DNA of 64,000 nt. It comes from Patescibacteria group bacterium. GTDB taxonomy: Bacteria > Patescibacteriota > Patescibacteriia > UBA2196. The notes under the pieces were generated by a model. That model worked only from the letters and a program-made list of their open reading frames with translations, ran no database searches and was not told the origin of the DNA. A program made the position numbers and the translations under genes. Where the stretch lies: contig JAQTPI010000001.1 in assembly GCA_028748975.1 (NCBI GenBank), positions 64,354-128,353 on the forward strand, in the 5' to 3' direction. Positions 36,221 to 45,699 of this stretch are shown piece after piece (position 1 is the stretch's first letter; every line of letters starts with the position of its first letter).

Positions 36221-36349
36221 GGTTTGAGGGTAGAAGGGTAATAAGTAATTTAGTATATAGAAGTAACCGTTTTTGATGGCGTTTGACAGGCCGATAATTA
36301 TATGCTAAGTTTTAATTGGTACATTTAAACCCAAAAACAAAAGGAGGTT

Positions 36350-37189
36350 TTGATGGGCAGGATCAGGGTAAAATTTTTGGTAGGTGCCATTATTTTAATT
36401 GCTCTTGCATATTTCACCGTTGGTTTTTTTGTCCGGCGTTATTGTGCGGAGTTGGATAGAAAAACCCAACTGCGAGAAAAAGCCAGAACTGAACAAATTG
36501 CTAAAGAGTGGCCAAAAATTTTGGCTGTTGCTAAAAGCAGGGGATTGGTTTGGCACGGCTCGCTGCGTTCAGACAGTAGTCTTTACGACGGTCGCCTTTG
36601 GGAAAGGTTTATTTTTCTGGATACCACTGCGGCGCTTAAACCAATTTGTGGTTTTCCGCGTGGAGCAAAAATTGCCAATAATAATCTAAGATTGATAGTT
36701 GTTGGCTTTGATCCCACCAAACCCGATTCAATTTTGGTAAAAGATGACTACCGCGGAGCAAAAGAGAATTTTTTACCAAAAAATTTTTTACAGGCCGAAG
36801 GTCTTCGCACCATGGCCGAAGCAGGATTTATCGCCAGTAATTTTCGCAAAAGAGTTATTAATCGGCACCCGCGGTTTGGCGGTTGGCCCCTGGACGATAA
36901 TCCATTTTCTCCACTGACTTGCCATTATCCCGAAATTACTGGATATATTAGCCCGGGTGATACAGTGAATGTTTGGTATCGTGTTGATAGTAAAAAATGG
37001 AAGTTCGTGAGTAAGGGCGTGGTGGTAGGGTATTGCCCGTATTTTTATTCCGATTTAAGGTATATTACCGAGTTTTTTATTTTGACTTACGTTTTTAAGA
37101 GTAAAGAACTGGAGATAACGCGCCCGCGTAACCTTCCTCCAGAATCACTTTTCCCCGCTAATCTTTATATTTCTTCTTTATATCACTAA
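36350..37189 (+). CDS. hypothetical membrane-anchored protein
   Basis: AAAGGAGG site and an N-terminal transmembrane helix. Confidence 0.5.
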   Translation: MMGRIRVKFLVGAIILIALAYFTVGFFVRRYCAELDRKTQLREKARTEQIAKEWPKILAVAKSRGLVWHGSLRSDSSLYDGRLWERFIFLDTTAALKPICGFPRGAKIANNNLRLIVVGFDPTKPDSILVKDDYRGAKENFLPKNFLQAEGLRTMAEAGFIASNFRKRVINRHPRFGGWPLDDNPFSPLTCHYPEITGYISPGDTVNVWYRVDSKKWKFVSKGVVVGYCPYFYSDLRYITEFFILTYVFKSKELEITRPRNLPPESLFPANLYISSLYH

Positions 37190-37259
37190 ATAAATTTAGT
37201 TTTCAATCCCGGTTTAGCGTCATCGCCAACCGGGTTTTATTTTTGGCTTAAATAAGCGT

Positions 37260-37291
37260 ACTTGACAGGATTTTTTAGGCATGCTATAATG
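37260..37291 (+). promoter_or_regulatory. sigma70-type promoter
   Basis: TTGACA-17-TATAAT. Confidence 0.6.
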
Positions 37292-37457
37292 GGGGTATTG
37301 AATAAAATCAATTCAATCCGCATCCCCAGAAAGAACTTGATGTAATGTAAGCTAATAGTAATATCAATAATTGAGCTTGAACTAACGAAAGTACTTTTTG
37401 GAGATGTGAGTTGGAATGATTTCTTTGAAAAAACAAAAAACACAAAGGAGGCCGGAG

Positions 37458-37916
37458 ATGGCCAAAATTACGAAGGAACAGATTGGGTTATTAAAAAAAT
37501 TTGGTTTACCGTCAAACCCCGATCTGATTAAAGGAAGAGGATTTTATCTTTATTGCCGTCATTTTATTTCTTTGGATAATCGTTGTTTTGATGACCATGG
37601 GCATGAGTTTTACGGAACAATTACAGGAATTGAATTTCGCCAGCCCGAACTTGGGCGTCACAACAGCATGATGGTTGTGTTGAATACGTCTTGTCATTTG
37701 CATTGTTATGCCACCCCCTCGGAGCCGTTAAGGGTTTTTTGTAGAGGTAGAAATGATTCCGTTGAATGGGGTTTAACTCCAGGATTGTTTATGTCGAACG
37801 CCGAGGAGTCAACGGAAGTGAGTATGAAAAAGGCGGAAGAATATGAAAAAAATATTGTTTTTAAATTTTTTCCTTGGCGTTTTGATTTTTTGAGAAAAGT
37901 TTTAAAAATTTATTAA
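37458..37916 (+). CDS. hypothetical protein
   Basis: AAAGGAGG site. Consensus promoter at 37260-37291 with a ~160-nt structured leader. Confidence 0.45.
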   Translation: MAKITKEQIGLLKKFGLPSNPDLIKGRGFYLYCRHFISLDNRCFDDHGHEFYGTITGIEFRQPELGRHNSMMVVLNTSCHLHCYATPSEPLRVFCRGRNDSVEWGLTPGLFMSNAEESTEVSMKKAEEYEKNIVFKFFPWRFDFLRKVLKIY

Positions 37917-37928
37917 CCAAACAAGGGG

Positions 37929-38186
37929 GTGTTCATGCTTTTAAAAAAAGGGATTCAGACAGGTAAAACCGAGCCGGAAAAACCGTCGAAGGAAATTCGG
38001 GAAGCCATCAATATGGGCGTTCCGAGGAATCACGTTTCTTCGGCCATCAAGCCCCTACTTCACTCTAGGCCGTTGAGTTTTGCGGACAGAGTGGAACAAT
38101 GGGCCCATCGTCGGCGACAGAGAAGACTGGAACGGCGCGCGGCCAAAGAGGCACGCAAAAAGGCACGGTGCATCGCCACCGCCTGA
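37929..38186 (+). CDS. hypothetical small basic protein
   Basis: 85-aa ORF with an Arg-rich C-terminus. A terminator follows. Confidence 0.35.
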   Translation: MFMLLKKGIQTGKTEPEKPSKEIREAINMGVPRNHVSSAIKPLLHSRPLSFADRVEQWAHRRRQRRLERRAAKEARKKARCIATA

Positions 38187-38203
38187 CATTTTCATTCTGT
38201 ATC

Positions 38204-38235
38204 CACCAGCGGGGCAACCTGCTGGTTTTTTTATT
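38204..38235 (+). terminator. intrinsic terminator
   Basis: ccagc-ggggcaacct-gctgg followed by T7. Confidence 0.65.
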
Positions 38236-38250
38236 TTCTAATAATGAGGA

Positions 38251-38286
38251 TGTGTAATTATCTCACGATCGTGGGATAATTACACA
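38251..38286. promoter_or_regulatory. 36-bp near-perfect palindrome (candidate operator)
   Basis: gtgtaattatctcacgatcgtgggataattacacac. Confidence 0.4.
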
Positions 38287-38315
38287 CTTTTATTTTAAAT
38301 TAAAAATTAAAAAAG

Positions 38316-38350
38316 GCGGTCCGATATTTCATCGGACCGCCCTTACAAAA
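38316..38350 (-). terminator. intrinsic terminator after the corA-like gene
   Basis: Perfect hairpin ggcggtccgat-atttc-atcggaccgcc with a T-run on the minus strand. Confidence 0.65.
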
Positions 38351-38401
38351 ATTTGTGTATCTGTGAAAATCTGTAATAAATCTGTGTCTATCTGTTTTTT
38401 A

Positions 38402-39346
38402 TTATAGCCACCTCTTCTTCTTAAAATAAAACACCATACAGAGCATGGCCACAAGCATAATTCCAATTATAACCCAAAAATTATACGGGTGGTTAAGGAA
38501 AGGCATGGCATTGGTGGTGTTCATACTGAAGATGGTGGCAAACAGCGTCAGCGGAAAAACAATTACGGAAAAAATCGTCAGTGTTTTAATAATCTGGTTT
38601 AAACGGTGAGAAACCAAGGATTCATGCGTCTCGTACAAAGCATCAATCGTATCTTTGTAATTGGAAAGAAAATCCCAAATGTCTTTGGTGTGGTTGACCA
38701 AATTTTGATAATAACTTTGCAGGCGGTGGGCGGCGAACAGTTTTTGCGAACGATCAATCAGTTTTTGTATCACGCTTTTATGAGCTTGCATGATTTTTCG
38801 AAAAGCAACAATGTTTCTTTTAATGCGCATGATTTCTTTGATAATATCAATTCGGTTGTGGTTGAAGTTGAAAATATTTTTTTCCACTGCGTCAATGTCT
38901 TGGCTTAAATGTGTCAGCATGGGGAAGCAATAATGGAGCAGAGTGTTGAGAATTTCATACATTAAAACCGCCGGATTTTTTTCCTGATAAATTTTTGTCA
39001 GCTTGGAATTTTTTTGATATTTAGCTGCCAGCTCCGCGAGCGGTACTAAATTTTCATTAAAAACCGTCACCACATAATCATGGCCAATGAAAAAATTAAC
39101 CTCGGAAGGATCAACGCAGCCGGTGGCGCGGTTATAAATTGGAAATTGCAGAATCATGAAAAGATAAGAACCGCGGTCGGTCAGTTTTGGCCGCTGGCAG
39201 GGCGGCAGGCAATCAGTCAGGTCTTGTTCCGCAAAATGAAATTCTTTTCCCAATGTTTCCAATTCTTTTTTCGCCGGCAAATCCACCACCACCCATTTTA
39301 ATCCGGTGGGGAAGAAAATTGTTTTGATGTGTTTGGCGTTTAACAT
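38402..39346 (-). CDS. CorA-family divalent cation transporter (atypical SMN motif)
   Basis: Two C-terminal transmembrane segments and FSMNTTNAMPF where CorA normally has YGMNFxxMPEL. Confidence 0.7.
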   Translation of the reverse strand: MLNAKHIKTIFFPTGLKWVVVDLPAKKELETLGKEFHFAEQDLTDCLPPCQRPKLTDRGSYLFMILQFPIYNRATGCVDPSEVNFFIGHDYVVTVFNENLVPLAELAAKYQKNSKLTKIYQEKNPAVLMYEILNTLLHYCFPMLTHLSQDIDAVEKNIFNFNHNRIDIIKEIMRIKRNIVAFRKIMQAHKSVIQKLIDRSQKLFAAHRLQSYYQNLVNHTKDIWDFLSNYKDTIDALYETHESLVSHRLNQIIKTLTIFSVIVFPLTLFATIFSMNTTNAMPFLNHPYNFWVIIGIMLVAMLCMVFYFKKKRWL

Positions 39347-39359
39347 AAAGGTTTAGTAA

Positions 39360-39500
39360 ATTCCAAGCTCCAAGCACCAATTTCCAAACAGATCTCAAAT
39401 TTCAATGATCAAAATTCAAAACCGTCGCGTCTAGAATTTGGAATTTGATATTTTGAATTTGTTTGTTATTTGGAATTTGGAGCTTGGTGCTTAACCGTAT
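39360..39500. repeat. inverted-array element (TTCCAAA / TTTGGAA units with AAGCACCAA termini) (R6)
   Basis: ttccaagctccaagcaccaatttccaaa ... tttggaatttggagcttggtgctt. Confidence 0.6.
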
Positions 39501-39557
39501 GTGGACAATTATATTATACCATTTTTATTAAACATGGTATAATGTTAAAAGAAGGTT

Positions 39558-40022
39558 ATGTCTATTGATGAAATGGAACTGATTAAAAAAGTAGAATATG
39601 AGGCGCCACCGGAGGCGGCGCCGGATTTTGGCGTAGAAAGCGAAACGGGGAAGGGACTGGAAAATAAGCCAGAGGTAATGCCGGAACAAGAAGCGCCGGG
39701 CGCGTTTGCTGGCATTCCGGTACCACTAAGCGCGCCACAGCCAACAGCCAAAGACCCTGTTGTTGCGAGCGTGGAAAACATTTTGGAAGAAAATTTGGCC
39801 GATCTTTACATAAATTTATCGCCCCAAGAGCAAGCGCGATTCAAAGCCAAGGGCGAAGAAACCACCAAAAAAATTGTGGAGCTTTTGCGCTCTGCCAAAG
39901 CCACTTTCAAAAAAATATTCAATCTGATTTTCGGCTGGCTGAAAATCATTCCCGGCATTAATAAATTTTTCATGGAACAGGAAGCCAAAATCAAGGCAGA
40001 TAAAATAATCAAGCTACATTAA
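39558..40022 (+). CDS. hypothetical acidic protein
   Basis: 154-aa ORF downstream of an extended -10 TGGTATAAT. Confidence 0.45.
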   Translation: MSIDEMELIKKVEYEAPPEAAPDFGVESETGKGLENKPEVMPEQEAPGAFAGIPVPLSAPQPTAKDPVVASVENILEENLADLYINLSPQEQARFKAKGEETTKKIVELLRSAKATFKKIFNLIFGWLKIIPGINKFFMEQEAKIKADKIIKLH

Positions 40023-40045
40023 TTGTTAGATTGTTGAATTGTTAA

Positions 40046-40170
40046 ACAACCACCCCGGCTCGGTCTGTTGACCTCGCCAACCCCTCCTTCGAAAGGAGGG
40101 GATATTGGTCGCTATCCTCCCCTTTCGAAGGGGAGGTGTTCCGCCGCAGCGGAACGGAGGGGTTGTAATA
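40046..40170. repeat. family R3 composite module
   Basis: Same architecture as 8070-8228: cccctccttcgaaaggagggg...cctcccctttcgaaggggagg flanked by ccgc..gcgg arms. Confidence 0.7.
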
Positions 40171-40202
40171 ATTGAACAATTTAGCAATTTAGCAATTAAA
40201 TA

Positions 40203-42743
40203 ATGCCAAATTATTTACCCTCATCTCCCTTGGAACCAAACCTATTAAGCAACCCATCCTTTGCCGTCTTTTTATTTTTACTCGGCATTCTCGTCCTAAT
40301 TTTTGTGGCGCTTTTAATTTACCGCAATTATTTGCGGCGGCACTATAAAATCCCGGCCAAATATCAGCCGGCGGTGCTTTTAATTACCGTGCCGAAAGAA
40401 GCGGCTGGCGATAAGAATCAGTCTGGTAATCTGACCGAAACCATGCGTTCGCAAATCGCCTGGGCCGAAGGATTTTTAACTCAGCTCGGTTCCATCAAGC
40501 CGCAAAAAGGCTTTAAGGCCTGGCTCTATGGCCGTCATGATAATTTGGCTCTGGAAATTGTGGCGCATCAAAAATTAATTTCTTTTTACGTGGTGGTGCC
40601 AGAGTATCTTAAGCAATTTCTGGAACAGCAGCTGCTGGCCCAGTACCCGAGCGCCCAAGTGGAAGAAGCAGAGGATTATAATATCTTCACTCCCAAATCT
40701 TTTGTCGCCTCGGCCAATCTGCAATTGGGTAAAAATTCCATGTTCCCGATTAAAACTTATCGTGAATTTGATAATGACCCCCTGAACGCCATCACCAATG
40801 TCTTAAGCAAACTGGAAGACACCGCTGGCGCCGTGGTCCAAATTTTAATTCGTCCGGCGCCGAGAAATTGGCACGATTATGGCTTGAAAGTTGTCACTGC
40901 TATGCAGCAGGGCAAACCTCTGAAAAAAGTTTTGAAAGCGCAGGAAGCGGACATTTTTAGCGCGCTCAGTAAAACTTACAATTTTTTTGCCGGTCCTGCG
41001 GCTAAAAAGGAAGACAATCAAATGGCGCCGGGGGTTTACCGCCTTTCGCCCATGGAAGAAGAAATGATTAAAAAAATTCAGGCCAAAAGTTCCAAAGCTG
41101 GTTTGCAATCCAACATTCGCGTGGTGGTTTCCTCGGAAAATTATCAGGCGCCGGATATCTACCTTCATAATATTTTAAATTCTTTTGGGCAGTACAACAT
41201 CACTGAATATGGCAATAATTTCAAAATCAGTAAAGCCAAAAGCAATGACCGCATTGTTTCGGAATCCATCCACCGTATTTTTGATAATAACCGTTCTTTC
41301 ATCTTGAACACGGAAGAGTTGGCATCGCTCTATCATTTTCCTCTGCCCACTTGCGAAACTCCCAATATTCGCTGGCTTTTGGCGCGTAAAGCCGCTCCGC
41401 CAATTAATATTCCGCCCACAGGAATTGTTTTAGGAAAAAATAATTTTCGCGGGGTGGAAACTTTAATCAGAATGAAAGAAGAAGATCGCATGCGCCATTT
41501 CTATATTATTGGTATGACTGGTACTGGTAAATCCGTTTTGATGGAAGAAATGGCCAAACAAGACATTGCTGAAGGCCGCGGTGTTTGTTTTCTTGACCCG
41601 CATGGCACGGCCATTGACCAAATTTTGCCTTGCATCCCAGAAAATCGTCAAAAAGATGTGGTCTATTTTGACCCCTCCGACGTGGAAATGCCAATTGGTT
41701 TAAATATGCTGGAAGCCAAGACCCAGCAGGAAATGGATTTTGCCGCTTCGGAAATGATTACGATTTTTTATAAACTTCTGCCCGACCCGTCCATGGGCGG
41801 TCCCATGTTTGAACACTACATGAGAAATGCTTTGCTTCTTTTGATGGCCGACCAGGCTGACCCGGGTACTTTGGTGGAATTGGGCCGCGTTTTTACTGAT
41901 GATGAATATCGCGCGGAAAAATTAAAACACACTCGTGATTTGTTGGTGCGTGACTTTTGGGAAAGAGAATATCCGGCCTCCCAGCGGGGGAGCATGGCTT
42001 CCGATATGCTGTCCTATGTTGTTTCCAAAACTGGCCGTTTTGTGGAAAATGAAATGATGAGAAACATCATTGGCCAGTCACGTTCCGGCTTCAATTTCCG
42101 CCAAGTCATGGATGAGGGCAAAATTCTTCTAGTCAATTTGTCCAAAGGAAAAATCGGCGAAATGAATAGTAACTTACTGGGTTTAATTATTGTTTCCAAA
42201 TTGCAAATGGCCGCCATGGGCCGTGCTGATTTGCCGGAAAATCAAAGAAAAGATTTTCTACTCTACATTGATGAGTTCCAAAATTATACCACCGATTCCA
42301 TGTCCACCATTTTGGCTGAAGCCAGAAAATATCGCCTCGGTCTAATTATGGCGCATCAATACATCGGCCAGTTGGTGAAGGGCCAGGACACTTCCATCCG
42401 TGACGCGGTTTTCGGCAACGTCGGCACGCTCGCTGTTTTCCGCATTGGCGCCGAAGACGCGGAATTTTTGGCCAAACAATACGCCCCGGTCTTTAATGAG
42501 TATGATTTAATCAATATTGAAAAATTTAACGCTTATGTTAGGCTATTAATAGATAACCAGGCCAGCCGGCCGTTTAATATGGCCACCCTGCCGCCCAGTT
42601 TTGGTAATCCGCAAACAGCAACTTCTATTATTAATAATTCCCGCCAAACCTATGGCCACTCCAAAGCGGAAGTGGAAGCGGAAATTGTGAGAAGGTCAAA
42701 GATAGGAGAGCTTGGCAAGGAAATGGAAGAAGAAGAAAAATAG
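40203..42743 (+). CDS. membrane-anchored P-loop ATPase of the FtsK/HerA superfamily (TraG/VirD4/DUF87-like)
   Basis: N-terminal transmembrane helix, a ~400-aa unknown domain, then Walker A GMTGTGKS and Walker B LLYIDEFQ followed by AHQ. Confidence 0.65.
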   Translation: MPNYLPSSPLEPNLLSNPSFAVFLFLLGILVLIFVALLIYRNYLRRHYKIPAKYQPAVLLITVPKEAAGDKNQSGNLTETMRSQIAWAEGFLTQLGSIKPQKGFKAWLYGRHDNLALEIVAHQKLISFYVVVPEYLKQFLEQQLLAQYPSAQVEEAEDYNIFTPKSFVASANLQLGKNSMFPIKTYREFDNDPLNAITNVLSKLEDTAGAVVQILIRPAPRNWHDYGLKVVTAMQQGKPLKKVLKAQEADIFSALSKTYNFFAGPAAKKEDNQMAPGVYRLSPMEEEMIKKIQAKSSKAGLQSNIRVVVSSENYQAPDIYLHNILNSFGQYNITEYGNNFKISKAKSNDRIVSESIHRIFDNNRSFILNTEELASLYHFPLPTCETPNIRWLLARKAAPPINIPPTGIVLGKNNFRGVETLIRMKEEDRMRHFYIIGMTGTGKSVLMEEMAKQDIAEGRGVCFLDPHGTAIDQILPCIPENRQKDVVYFDPSDVEMPIGLNMLEAKTQQEMDFAASEMITIFYKLLPDPSMGGPMFEHYMRNALLLLMADQADPGTLVELGRVFTDDEYRAEKLKHTRDLLVRDFWEREYPASQRGSMASDMLSYVVSKTGRFVENEMMRNIIGQSRSGFNFRQVMDEGKILLVNLSKGKIGEMNSNLLGLIIVSKLQMAAMGRADLPENQRKDFLLYIDEFQNYTTDSMSTILAEARKYRLGLIMAHQYIGQLVKGQDTSIRDAVFGNVGTLAVFRIGAEDAEFLAKQYAPVFNEYDLINIEKFNAYVRLLIDNQASRPFNMATLPPSFGNPQTATSIINNSRQTYGHSKAEVEAEIVRRSKIGELGKEMEEEEK

Positions 42744-42796
42744 AACAGATTGACACAGATATAAAACAGATAGTACACAGATACACAGATTTTTTC

Positions 42797-42838
42797 GTCT
42801 CCCTCTCCTTAATAAGGAGAGGGTCGGGGGAGAGGTCG
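42797..42838. repeat. family R3 module
   Basis: ctccctctccttaataaggagagggtcgggggagaggtcg. Confidence 0.65.
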
Positions 42839-42895
42839 CAAATATCTGTGCATCTGTGAAAATCCGTGCTCTATCTGTGAAAATTTGTTTATTAT

Positions 42896-43477
42896 ATGCT
42901 TGAAAACCTTTTCGGCTCGCGCACGCGCGTCAAATTATTGAAACTTTTCCTTTTGTCCGAAGGCCGTTTTTTTGTGCGCGAAATCGCGCGCCTGACCGGC
43001 GAGGAACTGAATTCTGTCCGGCGCGAACTGAAAAATTTGGTGGAGTTCGGCTTGGTCAAAGAAGTCAGCGCCGAAGTCGGCCGCGCCGCCAAAGATGAAA
43101 GCAAAAAATTTTATGAGGCCGATGTTAATTTCGTGCTCTATGATGAATTGAAAAATTTATTTTTGAAAACCCGTCTCTTGGTGGAGCGCCTCTTTATTAA
43201 AAACGCCAAGCGCCTTGGCCATGTCAAACTTTTGGTGCTCTCTGGTTTTTTTGTTAATGATTTGGATGCCAAAACCGACCTCCTCATCGCCGGCCAAATC
43301 AATAAGCGCGCCCTGGCCGGTTTCATCAATAAAATCAGCCACGAATTCAATCAGCCCATCCGCTACACCACCATGACTTCCACGGAATTCAATTATCGCC
43401 ACAAAATCACCGACAAATTTTTATTTGAAGTTCTGGAAGGCAGAAAAATCGTGGTAATTGATAATTTGGAGAAATAA
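42896..43477 (+). CDS. winged-helix (ArsR-like) DNA-binding protein with a C-terminal domain of unknown function
   Basis: N-terminal RTRVKLLKLF...REIARLTG...VRRELKNLVEFGLV helix-turn-helix. Confidence 0.5.
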   Translation: MLENLFGSRTRVKLLKLFLLSEGRFFVREIARLTGEELNSVRRELKNLVEFGLVKEVSAEVGRAAKDESKKFYEADVNFVLYDELKNLFLKTRLLVERLFIKNAKRLGHVKLLVLSGFFVNDLDAKTDLLIAGQINKRALAGFINKISHEFNQPIRYTTMTSTEFNYRHKITDKFLFEVLEGRKIVVIDNLEK

Positions 43478-43535
43478 ATAAATGAAAATAAAAAATCGGC
43501 CGCGTGCTCATGGCCGATTTTGATTTTGAAAATAT

Positions 43536-44432
43536 TTACGGGCTTAAGAGGTTTTTGGCCTTTTTTGCCACGTATTTTTGCGTTTTTTCATTCAGACTGT
43601 AAAATGAAAGATTTTGGAGAACTTGATTTTTTTCTATTGGATAATTTGGGCTAAGTTGCCTAAGGATGATGACTCCTGGCGGACTTTTATAAGCCAAATT
43701 TCGTTCACGCTTTTCATTGGTTTTCCAATTATAGCAATAGTAGGTGGTATCATTTTTTTTATTAACCCTGTTCCACCAGAGATAGTAATAGATATTGATT
43801 CCATTCCACTCGGCACGCGCTTGTTTTAAGAATTGAGCCCCGTTAACCGGTAGCAGAGGAATGTAATTTTTAATATCAAAATTACTGTCAAGCATGAAAG
43901 CCTTTTGACCATATTGCGACAAATCCAGTGGCACGCATTCTTTTTTTACTTTTGTCCGATAACTTTTTAGCAAATTAAGAACCGTCTTTCTGATTTGTCT
44001 CTGCTCGGCTTTGTTTATTTTTTTCCAGTCTGAGAATGATTTGTTGTACCACAGATCAGCTACATTAGGGATGCCATACCATTCTTTTGCTGAAAAGAAT
44101 TCATTTGTTATGTTTTTTTTCTTGCCAGAGGTTTCAATCTTTTGTCTCAAACATTTGTAAGAATCAGGATATTTTGATGGACCTTCCACCCACCAGAACC
44201 AATAGGTCATTACCGAATCTTGATTGTCCGGCGGAACGCGTTTAATCTGCCTGACAAACAAGGATTTATCAACGATTGGCACAAACGTTTCCCAATTCAA
44301 ATCCGCTGTTTCCAGTTGCGGACTGTTTTCATATTTTGCCAGATTGGGCGGTTGGGTGCGCCGGATATTCCAGGCAATTGCACAAAGAATTGCAGTCGCC
44401 ACCACCGCCACCACCGCTACTTTTACCCGCAT
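43536..44432 (-). CDS. hypothetical membrane-anchored protein
   Basis: GAAGGAGG site and an N-terminal transmembrane helix. Rich in Trp/Tyr. Confidence 0.5.
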   Translation of the reverse strand: MRVKVAVVAVVATAILCAIAWNIRRTQPPNLAKYENSPQLETADLNWETFVPIVDKSLFVRQIKRVPPDNQDSVMTYWFWWVEGPSKYPDSYKCLRQKIETSGKKKNITNEFFSAKEWYGIPNVADLWYNKSFSDWKKINKAEQRQIRKTVLNLLKSYRTKVKKECVPLDLSQYGQKAFMLDSNFDIKNYIPLLPVNGAQFLKQARAEWNGINIYYYLWWNRVNKKNDTTYYCYNWKTNEKRERNLAYKSPPGVIILRQLSPNYPIEKNQVLQNLSFYSLNEKTQKYVAKKAKNLLSP

Positions 44433-44492
44433 AAATTACCTCCTTCGGGTTTGGTTTTGAAAGGATATTTGATCATTTTAATCTTAGCAAAT

Positions 44493-44522
44493 TTTGAAAA
44501 ATAGGTCAAGAAGGTGTATAAT
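44493..44522 (+). promoter_or_regulatory. sigma70-type promoter
   Basis: TTGAAA-18-TATAAT upstream of the PAP2 gene. Confidence 0.5.
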
Positions 44523-44552
44523 AAAATTAGGTTGACAGTAATCCACAAATTA

Positions 44553-45107
44553 ATGTTAAATCTTGATTACCAAATCTTCAAATTAATCAACGACCTGGCT
44601 GGCAAAAGCCAGCTACTTGATTTTGTCGGAATTTTTTGCGCCAAATATTTGATTTTTGTCATCGCTGGCGTGGTTTTGGGCTGGTGGCTGGGGCTGCATA
44701 AAACCAAGCCCACCTTGGCCTGGCCAATCATTGGTCGGCGCAAGTGGCTGATTTTCGGCAATGTTTCGCTTTCCATTCTTTTAACCATGCTTTTGAATTA
44801 TGTTTTAGGTTTTTTAAAATTTCGCAGCCGGCCCTTTGTCAGTTTGCATACCGGCCGCCTCGTTAATCCTTTTTCCGAAAAATCTTTTCCCTCTGACCAC
44901 GCCGCCGTGGCTTTTGCCATTGCCCTGGCGGTTTTTCTTTATGATAAAAAGTTGGGAATTGTTTTAATGTTTCTTTCAGTGTTGGTGGGCCTGGGCCGGA
45001 TTTACGCCGGCGTGCATTATCCTTTAGATGTTGTTGGCGGAATTATCGTCGGCATTTTATCGGCCGTGTTTATGAAGTTGGTGGTGTTTAGGGGGGTTAG
45101 AGAATAG
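44553..45107 (+). CDS. PAP2-family phosphatase (undecaprenyl-diphosphatase-like)
   Basis: PAP2 motifs KFRSRP, PSDH and GRIYAGVHYPLDV. The start is set after the promoter, because the GTG start at 44514 in the ORF track lies inside the -10 element. Confidence 0.75.
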   Translation: MLNLDYQIFKLINDLAGKSQLLDFVGIFCAKYLIFVIAGVVLGWWLGLHKTKPTLAWPIIGRRKWLIFGNVSLSILLTMLLNYVLGFLKFRSRPFVSLHTGRLVNPFSEKSFPSDHAAVAFAIALAVFLYDKKLGIVLMFLSVLVGLGRIYAGVHYPLDVVGGIIVGILSAVFMKLVVFRGVRE

Positions 45108-45238
45108 AGAAGAGTGAAAAGAGAACAGTGAATAGTGTGAGCGGGCTTCCAACTCGTCTTTTTATTTGACACATTTTTTGTCGTTTGCTAAGCTGTTAAT
45201 ACATAAATTACCTTACCAATTCATAAAAGGGAGGAAAG

Positions 45239-45604
45239 ATGCCAGAACCAGTAGCCAAAACAAAACCGAGATTTCGGGGTCATTTTTCAATGGCGGGATG
45301 TATGACATTGCCAGCGGGTAAAGTCAGAGAATCTTTACTAAACGAAAAAGGATATGATTTATTGATCTCAATGTTTTGTCACTCGGGTGCTCATAGTGGT
45401 GGTTATAGTTTAGAATTTACTACTTGGAGTAGGGAAATTGTTGCCATTTTGGAGCAAGAAATAATTCCAGGCTATAGTGAAGGGATACCAGAAAAAAAAG
45501 AAGAAGAAAACGGCCTGATTATATTAAGAGTCGCCAGTTTTTACAGGCACATAGGGGCCGTAGTTCAATATTTCCGTAAAATCGGTTTTGAATTTGATTT
45601 TTAA
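45239..45604 (+). CDS. hypothetical protein
   Basis: 121-aa ORF with an AAGGGAGG site. A terminator follows at 45633-45665. Confidence 0.45.
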   Translation: MPEPVAKTKPRFRGHFSMAGCMTLPAGKVRESLLNEKGYDLLISMFCHSGAHSGGYSLEFTTWSREIVAILEQEIIPGYSEGIPEKKEEENGLIILRVASFYRHIGAVVQYFRKIGFEFDF

Positions 45605-45632
45605 AGTTTGTTCGGGTTGGTAATTTCATAAC

Positions 45633-45668
45633 ATCAAACCTCGCCCAAAACGAGGTTTTTTTTATTTC
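45633..45668 (+). terminator. intrinsic terminator
   Basis: aaacctcg-cccaaaa-cgaggttt followed by T8. Confidence 0.75.
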
Positions 45669-45699
45669 CACTCTTTTAGAAGGAAAAGAAGTTATCCAC

